Shown: positions 37,610-47,773, numbered from the stretch's first letter. The stretch: 64,000 nucleotides of DNA from Patescibacteria group bacterium (GCA_018969615.1 JAGWYA010000004.1:9922-73921), one strand, 5' to 3'. Translations and numbers: made by a program. Notes: generated from the sequence alone by a model not told the origin.

Positions 37610-39061
37610 TCAGAGCAGCGTCAGGATATAGGTGAACGCCTCTTCTTTCCACAGCGCCAGCATCCCGAGATACATGGCGGTTGCCGCAGCAAGATCAATG
37701 AGGACCGAAGGCTGTATGATCTGAAGGAGAACCGCGACAAGCGCCGCGAGCACGGACGCGGTAACGATCTTAACCAGTCTCGGCATGACCGTGAAAGGGA
37801 CGACTTCGTTCATTCTATGCCAGATAAAGGCGTTGGCGATGATCTGGGTTGCCAGGGTCGATATCGAGCACCCGACGATCCCGAAGGCGGGGATCAGAAG
37901 GAAGTTGAAGAGGATGTTGCCGACCGCGCCGACCAGTGAGAACGTGACGAACTGCTTTTGCTGATCGTATGCCAGAAGCGAATTACTGATGATCACGGAC
38001 GGAAAGATGATGGCGACGGTGAGCAAGAGGACCTGGAACGATGCCGTTGCGGGGAGATATTGCGCGCCGAAGAGGAGCCTGATGATCCCGGTGCTCAGTG
38101 GCAGACCGATCACAACCGCAGGGATCGCGGCAAAAAGCGATGCGGTCAGGGTCCGTTCCAGGATATACCGGAAGCGCACGTTGCGCTCGTCATGGGCAAG
38201 CTTGGAAAGAATAGGAAAAAGGCTTGCGGCGAAAAGTCCGGCAAGGGTATAGAGGAATTGGACCGGCCGCTGCGCGGCTGAATAAAACCCAATCTCCGCC
38301 GGCGACCGCATCCAGCCAAGCATGATCAGATCGGTATTGATCATGATGGCGCCCAGAAAGCTTGCGAACGCAAAAGGGAGCGATGACGTAAGGATCGGCC
38401 GGATGAGCTCTTTTTGAAAATGCGTGAATAACCGGGCGATATAGTTCCGGAGCAGGATGAACATAAGGATCATGCCGACGGCGGTTCCGATGATATATGC
38501 ATACGCCAGCGCCTCTGTTCCGCCCGAGTGAAGCAGCGCGGCGATCCCAAGGCCGGTGATCATAAGGTTCGTGACGATCTCGTCCGCAGCCTCCCATTGC
38601 ATCCGTTCGATCGCCCGGCTGATCGCAAAGCCAAAATTCCGAAGACTATCGAAGATCAGAAGAAAGGTTACCACCGTCAGAAGCCCCCGCGCTTCGGGGA
38701 TCTTCGTGAGGTAAGGGGCCCCGAAGATAAGCAGGCAGCTGCCGGCCGCCAGAAGGACGATCTTGAGGAAGAAGGCGGTTGAGAAGTATTCGGCGCTGCG
38801 GGAAAGGTCTTTCGCCGATTCCCGGGTAACGATCGCACTGATCCCGACATCTGAAAAGATCAGGAGGAACGCGACGAGGCTCATAACATAGGAAAAGGCG
38901 CCCCAGCTTTCCGGCCCCAGGATGCGGGCGGCAAAAATGACCAGGATCACGCGAAGGATGCGTCCCGAGGCTTGGCCTAAAAAGAGCCAGAAGGTGTTTT
39001 TGGCCACTGTTTGTTTTTGGGTGCGATTTTCAAAAAGGAATCCGCGGATCGAGCTGAACAT
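37610..39061 (-). CDS. Wzx/MOP-family oligosaccharide flippase
   Basis: About 14 TM; ARILGPESWG, DVG, TDLIMLG, GFYSAA, LIPAFGIVG. Confidence 0.9.
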   Translation of the reverse strand: MFSSIRGFLFENRTQKQTVAKNTFWLFLGQASGRILRVILVIFAARILGPESWGAFSYVMSLVAFLLIFSDVGISAIVTRESAKDLSRSAEYFSTAFFLKIVLLAAGSCLLIFGAPYLTKIPEARGLLTVVTFLLIFDSLRNFGFAISRAIERMQWEAADEIVTNLMITGLGIAALLHSGGTEALAYAYIIGTAVGMILMFILLRNYIARLFTHFQKELIRPILTSSLPFAFASFLGAIMINTDLIMLGWMRSPAEIGFYSAAQRPVQFLYTLAGLFAASLFPILSKLAHDERNVRFRYILERTLTASLFAAIPAVVIGLPLSTGIIRLLFGAQYLPATASFQVLLLTVAIIFPSVIISNSLLAYDQQKQFVTFSLVGAVGNILFNFLLIPAFGIVGCSISTLATQIIANAFIWHRMNEVVPFTVMPRLVKIVTASVLAALVAVLLQIIQPSVLIDLAAATAMYLGMLALWKEEAFTYILTLL

Positions 39062-40401
39062 TATGAATGATTGGTGATCAGGAATTTCGCGGTGCGGATG
39101 GCGATAAGGATATCAAGGAGCAGGGAATTGTTCTTGATATAGTAGAGATCGTATTGAAGCTTTTGATAGGCATCGGCTGCCGACGCGCCGTAGCGATAAT
39201 TGATCTGCGCCCATCCGGTGACGCCCGGCTTGCTCAGATGCCTGAGATCATAGAAGGGAAGCTCTTTTCTCAGCGTCGTGATGAATTCGGGCCGTTCGGG
39301 GCGCGGACCGACGAAAGAAAGATCCCCCGTGATGATGTTATAGAGCTGCGGAAGCTCATCGAGATGCGATCGGCGGAGAATGTTCCCGAACCAGGTTACG
39401 CGCGCATCGTTGAAGTAGTTCGCCCATTGCGGGCCGTTCTTTTCCGCATCAGGCCGCATGGTCCGGAACTTCCAGATCGTGAACTCGCGCCCGTTCTTGC
39501 CGACGCGGCGTTGCGAAAAGAACGCGGATCCCGGCGAGGTGACCTTGATCAGGAACGCGATGAGCACCAGAAGCGGCATGATGACGATCCCCAGAAGCAG
39601 GGCGAGCAGGCGCTCGGTCGGATCGCTGATGCTTTCGTACATGCGGTGCTTCGTCGTCAGGTTCTCCAGGAACCATACCTCTTCAAGTTCGGCAAGCGGC
39701 ACTTTGCGGAAGAGAAGCTCATACAGCTTGGCAACATCGACCACGTCGACGCCGAGCGCGAGGCATTTATAGATCAGCTTCGCGGCAGCGCTGTCTTTTT
39801 TGATGTGCGCCGGGATCACGATCATGGTGATCCGGTTCTCAAGGATGATCTCGGCGAGATGCGCGAATTCTTTGTCGCGAAGGCCGTCCTTCATCCAGTG
39901 GCTTACGGTGTAGCCGATCTGCGGATTTTGTTCCAGATAGGTCACGATCTCCTGGGTCGTCTGGTTCGCACCGACGAGCAGGATCCTGCTCGCAGCGCCT
40001 GTTCGTCCTAGGGCGGTATTGTAGAGCGACCGCCAGAGATAGTTGATGCAGCCGAAAATGACAAAGAACAGTCCGAGGACCGTTTTTGGCGTGATGGCGA
40101 AATGCGGGATCGCATAGAAGAACAGCGCGGTAAGCAGCACGTTTGCGATCGTGGTGTACCAAAAGGTCTTTTCAAACTCAAAATCGTTCTTAAGCGATTG
40201 GAGATCGTACAGTCCGGCGATATAGAAAATGAGGATCCATACGGCAAAGATGATGGTGAACGGCTCAAGGTGGTTATTGATAAGTTCCGCGTAGAAGAAC
40301 TTGCCGTAGCGAAGCCAGAGCGTCAGAATGAGAGCCAAATAGAGCGTACCGATGTCGCCCAGAATGAGTAAAAGCTGTTTTGGCCGTGAAATGGCGTCCA
40401 T
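39061..40401 (-). CDS. Polyprenyl glycosylphosphotransferase (WcaJ/WbaP-like initiating sugar transferase)
   Basis: KFRTM, LDELPQL, SFVGPRPE, KPGVTGWAQ, YDLYY. Confidence 0.95.
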   Translation of the reverse strand: MDAISRPKQLLLILGDIGTLYLALILTLWLRYGKFFYAELINNHLEPFTIIFAVWILIFYIAGLYDLQSLKNDFEFEKTFWYTTIANVLLTALFFYAIPHFAITPKTVLGLFFVIFGCINYLWRSLYNTALGRTGAASRILLVGANQTTQEIVTYLEQNPQIGYTVSHWMKDGLRDKEFAHLAEIILENRITMIVIPAHIKKDSAAAKLIYKCLALGVDVVDVAKLYELLFRKVPLAELEEVWFLENLTTKHRMYESISDPTERLLALLLGIVIMPLLVLIAFLIKVTSPGSAFFSQRRVGKNGREFTIWKFRTMRPDAEKNGPQWANYFNDARVTWFGNILRRSHLDELPQLYNIITGDLSFVGPRPERPEFITTLRKELPFYDLRHLSKPGVTGWAQINYRYGASAADAYQKLQYDLYYIKNNSLLLDILIAIRTAKFLITNHS

Positions 40402-40483
40402 AAGAAGAGGAGGGGTTGTTGTGTGTTTTCGGGAAGCTTTGCTATACTAATATAACATTAAACAATTATAAAAAATAACACCT

Positions 40484-41188
40484 ATGAAAAAGGACTACTT
40501 GTTACCGGTCAGCATCCTCGTCGCCGCCGTTTTGATCGCCGGCGCGGTCATTTATAGCGCAGGCACGACTCCGGCGCCGTCCCCGGCCGGCCAGCAGCAG
40601 CCGTCGGCTGCCGTTGATGCGAATGCATTGAAACTGACCAGCGATGACGTGGTCCTGGGCGACCTGAACGCTCCGGTCACGCTGATCGAGTACGGCGATT
40701 ATCAGTGCACCTTCTGCGGACGTTTCTTCTCGGAGACTGAATCGCAGATCGTCAATAATTATGTGAAGACCGGCAAGGTACGGCTTGTGTTCCGCAACTT
40801 CCCGTTCTTGGGTCCTGAATCGGCTCCGTCCGCCAATGCGGCCGAATGCGCGAAGGACCAAGGTAAGTTCTGGGAATATCATGATGCGTTGTTCACCGCC
40901 GAGGTGAAGGACGGCCAGGAGAACAACGGCAACCTGACCCGCGGTCTGTTCATGAGCCTTGCCTCGAACCTTGGATTGGATACGACGCAGTTCGGTTCTT
41001 GCCTGGACAGCAATAAGTACGCATCGCTCGTTGCTTCTCAGAAGAGCACCGCGATCTCTTCCTTGGGCGTGCAGGCGACCCCGACCTTCTTCTTGGGAAC
41101 TCAGAAGATCGAAGGCGCGCTGCCGTACGATCAGTTCAAGACGGACATTGACCAGGCGCTTGCCGCAGCTACGACGACCGCGCAATAA
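40484..41188 (+). CDS. DsbA-family thioredoxin-fold protein
   Basis: EYGDYQCTFC, DQGKFWEYHD, GVQATPTF; N-terminal anchor. Confidence 0.93.
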   Translation: MKKDYLLPVSILVAAVLIAGAVIYSAGTTPAPSPAGQQQPSAAVDANALKLTSDDVVLGDLNAPVTLIEYGDYQCTFCGRFFSETESQIVNNYVKTGKVRLVFRNFPFLGPESAPSANAAECAKDQGKFWEYHDALFTAEVKDGQENNGNLTRGLFMSLASNLGLDTTQFGSCLDSNKYASLVASQKSTAISSLGVQATPTFFLGTQKIEGALPYDQFKTDIDQALAAATTTAQ

Positions 41189-41214
41189 ATCATTAACCTT
41201 ACTTCATTACTCTT

Positions 41215-41454
41215 ATGGACCATACCGTTGTTATCTACAGCACGCCGACCTGCGTGTATTGCAAAATGGCGAAGGAATATTTTAAAAAGTACGGGGTGAC
41301 CTATACGGAGCATGATGTCGCCTCCGATGCCGCAGCCCGGAAGGAGATGGTGGAGAAATCGCATCAGCTGGGCGTCCCGGTGATCGACATTGACGGTGAG
41401 ATCCATGTCGGTTTTAATCGCCCTGAGGTTGCCCGTGCCCTTGGTTTGAAGTAA
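41215..41454 (+). CDS. Glutaredoxin-like protein (NrdH/YruB type)
   Basis: YSTPTCVYC, GVPVI, VGFN. Confidence 0.92.
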   Translation: MDHTVVIYSTPTCVYCKMAKEYFKKYGVTYTEHDVASDAAARKEMVEKSHQLGVPVIDIDGEIHVGFNRPEVARALGLK

Positions 41455-41471
41455 TTGTCTTATCTCTTATA

Positions 41472-42395
41472 ATGTACGACCTGGTTATCATTGGCGGCGG
41501 TCCCGGCGGCATTGCCGCGGGTATTTATGCATCACGGAAAAAGCTGAATGCCGCGATCGTTTCTGAGACCTTCGGCGGCCAATCGGTCGTATCGATGGAT
41601 ATCCGGAATTGGATCGGGACCGAATCGATCGCCGGTGTTGATCTTGCAAAGAACCTTGAAGCGCATCTTCGCGCACAGCCTGATCTGAAGGTTGTCGACG
41701 GCGAGATCGTCACTGCGGTGGCGCCAATGGAGGGCGGGTTCCATATCACAACCAGGAGCGGTGCGATGATGGAGACAAAGACCATTTTGGTCGCTTCCGG
41801 GAGCCGGCATCGCCGGCTGGGCATTCCCGGAGAGGATGCATTCGATGGAAAGGGCGTGGTCTGGTGCTCGACATGCGATGCGCCGCTCTTTGGCGGCAAG
41901 ACGGTCGTGGTCGTCGGCGCCGGCAATGCCGGCTTGGAAGCGGTGCGTGATTCGCTTGCTTATGCCTCGAAGGTCCATCTGTTCGTCCGGGGCGATGCGG
42001 TCAAAGGTGACGCGGAGACGTTCGATATGATCAGCAAGGATCCTAAAGTAGAGATCCATTACCAGGTGGAAGCGAAGGAGATCATCGGCGACCAGTTCGT
42101 CACCGGATTGCGGTATCTCGATAAGAAAGAGGGGGGCATGAAAGAATTGGCGACCGACGGCGTGTTTGTCGAGATCGGAAGCGTGCCGAATGTCGAGTTC
42201 TTGGGCGATTTGGTAAAAAAAGACCCGTATAATGCGATCGTGGTTGACCATGCCACACAGCGGACATCCCGGGAAGGCATCTGGGCGGCGGGCGACGTGA
42301 CTGATCTGCCGTACCGTCAGAACAATATTTCCGCCGGAGACGGGGTCAAAGCGCTTTTGAACATTTACGACTCGCTTACGAAGCGTAAGCAGTAG
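41472..42395 (+). CDS. trxB: Thioredoxin reductase family FAD oxidoreductase
   Basis: IIGGGPGG, CSTCD, VGAGNAG, WAAGDVT. Confidence 0.9.
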   Translation: MYDLVIIGGGPGGIAAGIYASRKKLNAAIVSETFGGQSVVSMDIRNWIGTESIAGVDLAKNLEAHLRAQPDLKVVDGEIVTAVAPMEGGFHITTRSGAMMETKTILVASGSRHRRLGIPGEDAFDGKGVVWCSTCDAPLFGGKTVVVVGAGNAGLEAVRDSLAYASKVHLFVRGDAVKGDAETFDMISKDPKVEIHYQVEAKEIIGDQFVTGLRYLDKKEGGMKELATDGVFVEIGSVPNVEFLGDLVKKDPYNAIVVDHATQRTSREGIWAAGDVTDLPYRQNNISAGDGVKALLNIYDSLTKRKQ

Positions 42396-42397
42396 CC

Positions 42398-43738
42398 TTA
42401 TTGTACGGTTGTTGAGACAAGCGTGCCGTTATCCTTGAGGAGAAAGACCGTATTGGTCGCGCCGTCATAGGCGTATTTTTTAACACCCGAATCGATCTTC
42501 TGCAGATTGATCGGCGGCTGATCGTTCGCTTCCAAAAGATAGAGCGCATCGGGATATTCGAAGAACACATAGTCGCTGTCTTTGTGCCAGGCGATGGCCT
42601 GTTCGTCTTCGCCGCTTACGTGCACGAGGGCGGTTTTAGGCATGCCTAATGCCTGACCGTGGGTACCGTAGGTATAGATGCCGAATTCCTGGCCGGTCGT
42701 GGTGAACGCAAGCTCCATCGCCGACGGCGAGAAAAGCATGGTCCGAACGCCGGTGCTGACCGGTCGTGCCGCGAGCGTCTGGCGGTTGGTCAGGACGAGC
42801 GTCCCATCGGCGTTCAGAAGAGCGAAATACGAGCCGACCCCGTTCATGGTGATCCTGACCGGACCAGGGATCACCGGGGCGATCGGGAGAAGCTGCGGCC
42901 CATTCCCGTTCCAGGGGAAAGAAAGGATGGTGCGGTCCGCAATATAAAGCACCTCTTTCGGACCGATAGAAAATGACGTGACCGGCGTGTCCGCGATCCG
43001 CGTTATTGAAAGGGATGAAGTATCAAAAAGATAAAGACCGCCGTCGGTTTGAAGGAGCAGTTTTGTCGCACTGTCCGGCTCAAAGGCGACCGATGCGATC
43101 GGAGTTCGGTCGGCGATCTTCGCCTCTATGCGCGCCGCTTGGAACGCCGAATCAAGCGTGAGCGCGTTCGAAGGGGCGTTCAATGAGAGGAAATAATAAT
43201 AGCCGTGGAGATTGCGGGTCACGACCGCGCTTCCGTCATCCGCCCATGCGGAGACCGTTGTTCCCGGGATCGTTCCGTGTTGATATTGAAGCGTTTCCGC
43301 GAGCGTTCGGGTGATGATCGTTTGTTCTTTGATCCAAAAATCGGTGACCGAGGATGCGACCGGCAGCTCGGCGGGCGTCGAGGTCGGGAGCATGATGATC
43401 GGCGGCACTTCGGTCACTAAGGAGGGTTCGACCGCGATCTGTTTCGACCAGGATTGATAGCCTGTTTTCTCAATATGGGCGGTATAGGTCTTCGGGAACA
43501 GATTCGCGATCAGGATGCTTGAACCGAGGAACGAGGGATTGAACTGCAGGTCGAGCTTTTCGACGGTGAGCGTTGCGCCATCCGGTACTTTATCAAAATA
43601 GATCCCGCCGAGCCGGTTGATCGTGAGCGTTTCCAGATCGAAGCGCCAGCCGTTCGAATAGAAGAGCGCGGCGACTGCGATCACAAAAAAAGAGAGCGTG
43701 GTGATATAAAAAAGGATCCGGCGGGTACGCTTTGTCAT
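42398..43738 (-). CDS. Membrane-anchored PEGA-like / beta-propeller-like hypothetical protein
   Basis: N-terminal TM, GWRFD, NLFPKTY..IEKTGYQSWSK, beta-rich repeats. Confidence 0.7.
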   Translation of the reverse strand: MTKRTRRILFYITTLSFFVIAVAALFYSNGWRFDLETLTINRLGGIYFDKVPDGATLTVEKLDLQFNPSFLGSSILIANLFPKTYTAHIEKTGYQSWSKQIAVEPSLVTEVPPIIMLPTSTPAELPVASSVTDFWIKEQTIITRTLAETLQYQHGTIPGTTVSAWADDGSAVVTRNLHGYYYFLSLNAPSNALTLDSAFQAARIEAKIADRTPIASVAFEPDSATKLLLQTDGGLYLFDTSSLSITRIADTPVTSFSIGPKEVLYIADRTILSFPWNGNGPQLLPIAPVIPGPVRITMNGVGSYFALLNADGTLVLTNRQTLAARPVSTGVRTMLFSPSAMELAFTTTGQEFGIYTYGTHGQALGMPKTALVHVSGEDEQAIAWHKDSDYVFFEYPDALYLLEANDQPPINLQKIDSGVKKYAYDGATNTVFLLKDNGTLVSTTVQ

Positions 43739-43791
43739 AAAAATGAGATATGCTTACAAGAGAGTTTTGAAGTATTTATACTATACGTACT

Positions 43792-45054
43792 ATGCAGTTT
43801 ATTATCAATGGAGGAAAGCCGTTGAGCGGGACGATCGCCGTTGCGGGATTCAAGAACGCGGCGACGCCGATCATTGCGGCGACAGTATTGACCGACCGCG
43901 CCTGTGTTTTGAAGAACGTTCCCCGGATCACCGATGTTATGAAACTTCTGGGCATCCTTCGGGATATGGGCTCCCGGCAGGAGTGGCTGGATGAACATAC
44001 GATCCGTATCGATAATAAAGACCTTGTTCCGCAGCCGCTGGAAAGCGATGCGGTGGCGCAGATCCGGTCGTCGATCCTTCTGATCGGGCCGTTCCTTGCG
44101 CGTTTCGGGAACGTGTCATTTGTCACGCCGGGAGGCTGCAAGATCGGCAGCAGGCCGATCGATACGCATATCGAAGCGTTCGCTGACCTGAGGGTGCGTG
44201 TCTCGTATGATGATGCGTCGGGGCGCTACCTGATGGAAGCGCCGCGGGAGACCGGCGGTGAAGCGGTCCTCAAAGAGCTTAGCGTTACGGCGACCGAGAA
44301 CGTTCTTATGCTGGGAGCGAAGTATCCGGTCGCGATCCGGCTTGCGGCCATCGAGCCTCACGTGTTCGATCTTATCGGGTTCTTGGAGCGCTTAGGTGTA
44401 ACCGTGCATGCGGATGGCATGCACGGTTTTACGACGACTCCCGCCGCCGCGGTTCCTTCGGGGCAGATAGAATATACTCTGATGCCCGATCCGATCGAAG
44501 CGGGAACGTTCGCGGTGCTTGCCGCGGCAACGCGGAGCTCTATGCGGATCGACGGCGTTGACGCCGGGGTTTTGGAGGCTCCTCTCCGGAAATTACGCGA
44601 GTTCGGAGTGAAGTTTGCGCTTCGCGACCGCGTACTGGAAGTTGACGGAGCGCATTCAGTGTTGACCGCGACCCGCGTGCAAACGATGCCGTATCCCGGT
44701 CTCCCGACCGATCTGCAGGCTCCGTTCGGCGTTCTTGCGACGCAGGCGAAAGGATCGTCGCTTATCTTCGATACGATGTATGAAGGAAGGCTGAAATATA
44801 TCACCGAGCTAAAGAAAATGGGGGCTGATGCGGTTTTGCTCGATCCGCACCGCGCCATCATTACCGGACCGTCCGCACTACATGGCGCCGAGATCGAAAG
44901 CCTTGATCTGCGGGCCGGTGCGACGCTGATCATCGCCGCCTTGCTCGCTGAGGGCAAAACGACGCTCGGAAACATCGAACAGATCGACCGGGGATACGAG
45001 CGCCTCGACGAGCGGTTGCAGGCGCTGGGGGCGGATATTGCAAGAGTTGCGTAA
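43792..45054 (+). CDS. murA: UDP-N-acetylglucosamine 1-carboxyvinyltransferase
   Basis: KNAA, PGGCKIGSRPID, PYPGLPTDLQ, DLRAGA, IDRGYE. Confidence 0.97.
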   Translation: MQFIINGGKPLSGTIAVAGFKNAATPIIAATVLTDRACVLKNVPRITDVMKLLGILRDMGSRQEWLDEHTIRIDNKDLVPQPLESDAVAQIRSSILLIGPFLARFGNVSFVTPGGCKIGSRPIDTHIEAFADLRVRVSYDDASGRYLMEAPRETGGEAVLKELSVTATENVLMLGAKYPVAIRLAAIEPHVFDLIGFLERLGVTVHADGMHGFTTTPAAAVPSGQIEYTLMPDPIEAGTFAVLAAATRSSMRIDGVDAGVLEAPLRKLREFGVKFALRDRVLEVDGAHSVLTATRVQTMPYPGLPTDLQAPFGVLATQAKGSSLIFDTMYEGRLKYITELKKMGADAVLLDPHRAIITGPSALHGAEIESLDLRAGATLIIAALLAEGKTTLGNIEQIDRGYERLDERLQALGADIARVA

Positions 45055-45078
45055 TTTGCACTATACTGATATATCATT

Positions 45079-46086
45079 ATGTTCACTCGAAAGATCGGAA
45101 TCGACCTGGGGACCGCGAACACGATCGTGTTCGTTCCCGGACGGGGATTTATCATCAATGAGCCGACGATCGTCGCGCTGAGCCTTCCGGACAACGGCGT
45201 GCTTGCGGTCGGTCGCGAGGCAAAAGATATGGTCGGCAGAACGCCGGGAGATATCGCCGCATATCGTCCGCTGAAGGACGGCGTGATCGCCGATTATTAT
45301 ATTACGAAGGCGATGCTGAAATACTTCATCGCAAAGGCGATCGGATCGTTCAATATCGTTCGTCCGGACGTGGTCATTTCCGCACCGGCGGGCATTACGC
45401 CGACCGAGCGCCGCGCCATTATGAACGCTGCGAAAGAAGCAGGCGCAAAAGAAGCTTATATCGTGAAAGAGCCGTTATTGGCCGCATTGGGCGCCGGCAT
45501 CCCGATCAATTCTCACTCGGGCAACATGATCATTAACATTGGCGGCGGAACGTCCGAGGTTGCGGTTATTTCGCTCGGCGGCATTGTTTCCTGGTCCAGT
45601 CTGCGCGTGGCGGGCAATAAGTTCGATCAGGCGATCATGGACTACATTAAGAAGAAATACTCGCTGCATATCGGCGAGCAGACCGCGGAGTTGATCAAGA
45701 TCGAGATCGGTTCGGCATTGCCGTCGAAGGAGCGGCTTGAAATGCGCATCCGCGGGCGGGATATCGCAAGCGGTCTCCCGAAAGACATCATCGTGAACTC
45801 GAACGAGGTTGCCGAGGCATTGAGCCAGCACCTGATCGATATCGCCGCATCCGTAAAGAACGTGTTCAATGAAACGCCTCCGGAGCTCGTCGCTGACATC
45901 ATGGAAAAGGGGATCATCGTTTCCGGCGGCGGCGCGCAGCTTCGCTATATCAATGATTTCTTTAAGCAGATGACCGGCGTGGAGACCTATATCGCCGAAG
46001 AGCCGCTGTTCTGCGTTGCCAAAGGCGCCGGTATCATTTTGAACCATTTGGACGTCTATAAGAGGACAGTGTTGAACAAGCGCTAA
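45079..46086 (+). CDS. mreB: Rod shape-determining protein MreB/Mbl, copy 1
   Basis: GIDLGTAN, RPLKDGVIAD, NIGGGTSE, TPPEL. Confidence 0.96.
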   Translation: MFTRKIGIDLGTANTIVFVPGRGFIINEPTIVALSLPDNGVLAVGREAKDMVGRTPGDIAAYRPLKDGVIADYYITKAMLKYFIAKAIGSFNIVRPDVVISAPAGITPTERRAIMNAAKEAGAKEAYIVKEPLLAALGAGIPINSHSGNMIINIGGGTSEVAVISLGGIVSWSSLRVAGNKFDQAIMDYIKKKYSLHIGEQTAELIKIEIGSALPSKERLEMRIRGRDIASGLPKDIIVNSNEVAEALSQHLIDIAASVKNVFNETPPELVADIMEKGIIVSGGGAQLRYINDFFKQMTGVETYIAEEPLFCVAKGAGIILNHLDVYKRTVLNKR

Positions 46087-46928
46087 TGAAAACAGCTGAT
46101 GCTTTTTTGGGGCATGAAGATCTGATAAAAGATTTTACCGCCTTGATTAAAACCGGACGGCTCGCCCACGGATATCTTTTCTTCGGCGAACCGAAGATCG
46201 GGAAGTTCGCGTTCGCAAAGAATCTCGCTTACTTATTGGAGCAGGGAACGTTCGAAGCGACCGATCGGCCCGCCAAAGGCGAGGCTCGCCAAAGGCGGCC
46301 GCTGCAGGATGCCATGATCGTACCGGAAGGCGGCGGGATCGATCTGATGCGTGAAGCGCGTCAGTTCGTCTGGCAGCGCCCGAACATTTCTTCCCGGCGC
46401 ATCGTGATCGTGAATGATGCGGATGACCTGACCGTTGAAGCGCAGAATGCGATCCTGAAGATCGCCGAGGAGCCTCCGGAGCACGCCGTGATCATTTTGA
46501 TCGCCCGCAATCTCGAAACTATCCTCCCGCCTTTGCGGTCCCGGCTGCAGAAGATCTATTTTGCGCCGCTGTCAGATGCGGATATGGCGAAAGAAGGCAT
46601 TTCGCCGAAGATCATTCCTATTGCTTATGGCCGGCCTGGCCGGGCAGCACAACTTGCCGAGCCGACGCAAGCAGCGCGTTCAGCTAAAGACTATACGGAT
46701 CGTTTTCTCCGCTCTTCCGGGCCGATGCGATCGAAAATGATCAAAGAGTTCATCGATCTGCAGAAAGAACAGCCTGAAATGTTGGATCTTTTTTTCGAAG
46801 AGGTGATCGCGGTTCTTCGGAAAGATCCGGTACGGAATGCGGCGGCTCTCCGCGACATACTGCATAGATTATTTCTGATAAAAGAGTATACTACGAATAA
46901 GCGGCTTCAATTGGAGGCTCTAGGATAG
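46086..46928 (+). CDS. holB: DNA polymerase III delta-prime subunit
   Basis: HGYLFFGEPKIGK, EAQNAILKIAEEPP, LPPLRSRL, GRPG. Confidence 0.85.
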   Translation: MKTADAFLGHEDLIKDFTALIKTGRLAHGYLFFGEPKIGKFAFAKNLAYLLEQGTFEATDRPAKGEARQRRPLQDAMIVPEGGGIDLMREARQFVWQRPNISSRRIVIVNDADDLTVEAQNAILKIAEEPPEHAVIILIARNLETILPPLRSRLQKIYFAPLSDADMAKEGISPKIIPIAYGRPGRAAQLAEPTQAARSAKDYTDRFLRSSGPMRSKMIKEFIDLQKEQPEMLDLFFEEVIAVLRKDPVRNAAALRDILHRLFLIKEYTTNKRLQLEALG

Positions 46929-47020
46929 TTCGTAGAGAGTGGCGCGTAGGGAGTAGAAAATACCCTTGAGAGCCACGAACTGTGTTCTACTACGTGCTAC
47001 TGCCTATTTACTACTCACTA
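46922..47020. repeat. Two oppositely oriented heptamer-repeat arms (GTAG.. / CTAC..)
   Basis: cgtagag agtggcg cgtaggg agtagaa ... ttctact acgtgct actgcct atttact actcact. Confidence 0.7.
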
Positions 47021-47123
47021 AATCATGGACAAAGCATTTCTTCTATTCATGCTCGTGCTCTTCACCGGTATTTTATTGTATTTTCTCCCGCTGGTGTGCC
47101 GCGTGGGATAGCATCTAACTTTT

Positions 47124-47666
47124 ATGGACGCAAAAGTTCTTGATCAGCGCTTACGCGCAGCCGTGGACAATCTAAAGACCGAATTCCAGACGATCCGGAG
47201 CGGCCGACCGTCGCCGCGGATGGTGGAGGACATCAAAGTTGAGGTCTATGGGCAACATCTGCCGGTCAAAGGCCTTGGCTCGATCTCGGTCGTACCGCCG
47301 AAAGAGATCGATATTACGTTATGGGATATTTCGATCGTTGGAGCGGTCTCAAAAGCGGTTGAGGACGCTTTGAAGGTTACGGCAAGCACCGACGGGGCCC
47401 TCATCAGGGTTAATTTACCTTCGCTGACCGAAGAGCGGAAAAAAGAATTTGAAAAAGTGATCAAAAAGTTGACTGAAGAGACCCGCATCCGGATCCGCGG
47501 TATCCGCGATGAAGCGAATAAGGATGTAAAACAGGAGGAGGCTGACAAAAAGATCTCCGAGGATTTTGCATTCAAGGAGAAAGAAGGGATCCAGAAGAAG
47601 ATCGATGCAACGAACAAAGAGATCGAGACGATCACGGGATCAAAATTGAAAGAGATCATGGACTAA
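47124..47666 (+). CDS. frr: Ribosome recycling factor
   Basis: IRSGRPSP, LPSLTEERKKE, RIRIRGIR, ISED. Confidence 0.94.
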   Translation: MDAKVLDQRLRAAVDNLKTEFQTIRSGRPSPRMVEDIKVEVYGQHLPVKGLGSISVVPPKEIDITLWDISIVGAVSKAVEDALKVTASTDGALIRVNLPSLTEERKKEFEKVIKKLTEETRIRIRGIRDEANKDVKQEEADKKISEDFAFKEKEGIQKKIDATNKEIETITGSKLKEIMD

Positions 47667-47773
47667 CGGCCCGCCCAGGGGCGAGGCTCGTCTTTAGCGG
47701 CCCGCTCAGAGGCGAGGCTTATTTTTAACGGCCCGCTCAGAGGCGAGGCTCGTCTTTAGCGGCCGCGAGGCCG
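47667..47773. repeat. Three tandem 31-bp units CGGCCCGCYCAGRGGCGAGGCT... plus a partial unit
   Basis: Units at 47667, 47698 and 47729; related 30-bp unit inside holB. Confidence 0.9.

Noticed and set aside
47667-47773. CRISPR array
   Set aside because: Units are directly tandem with near-identical 9-10 bp linkers, have no unique spacers, and no cas genes are in the window.
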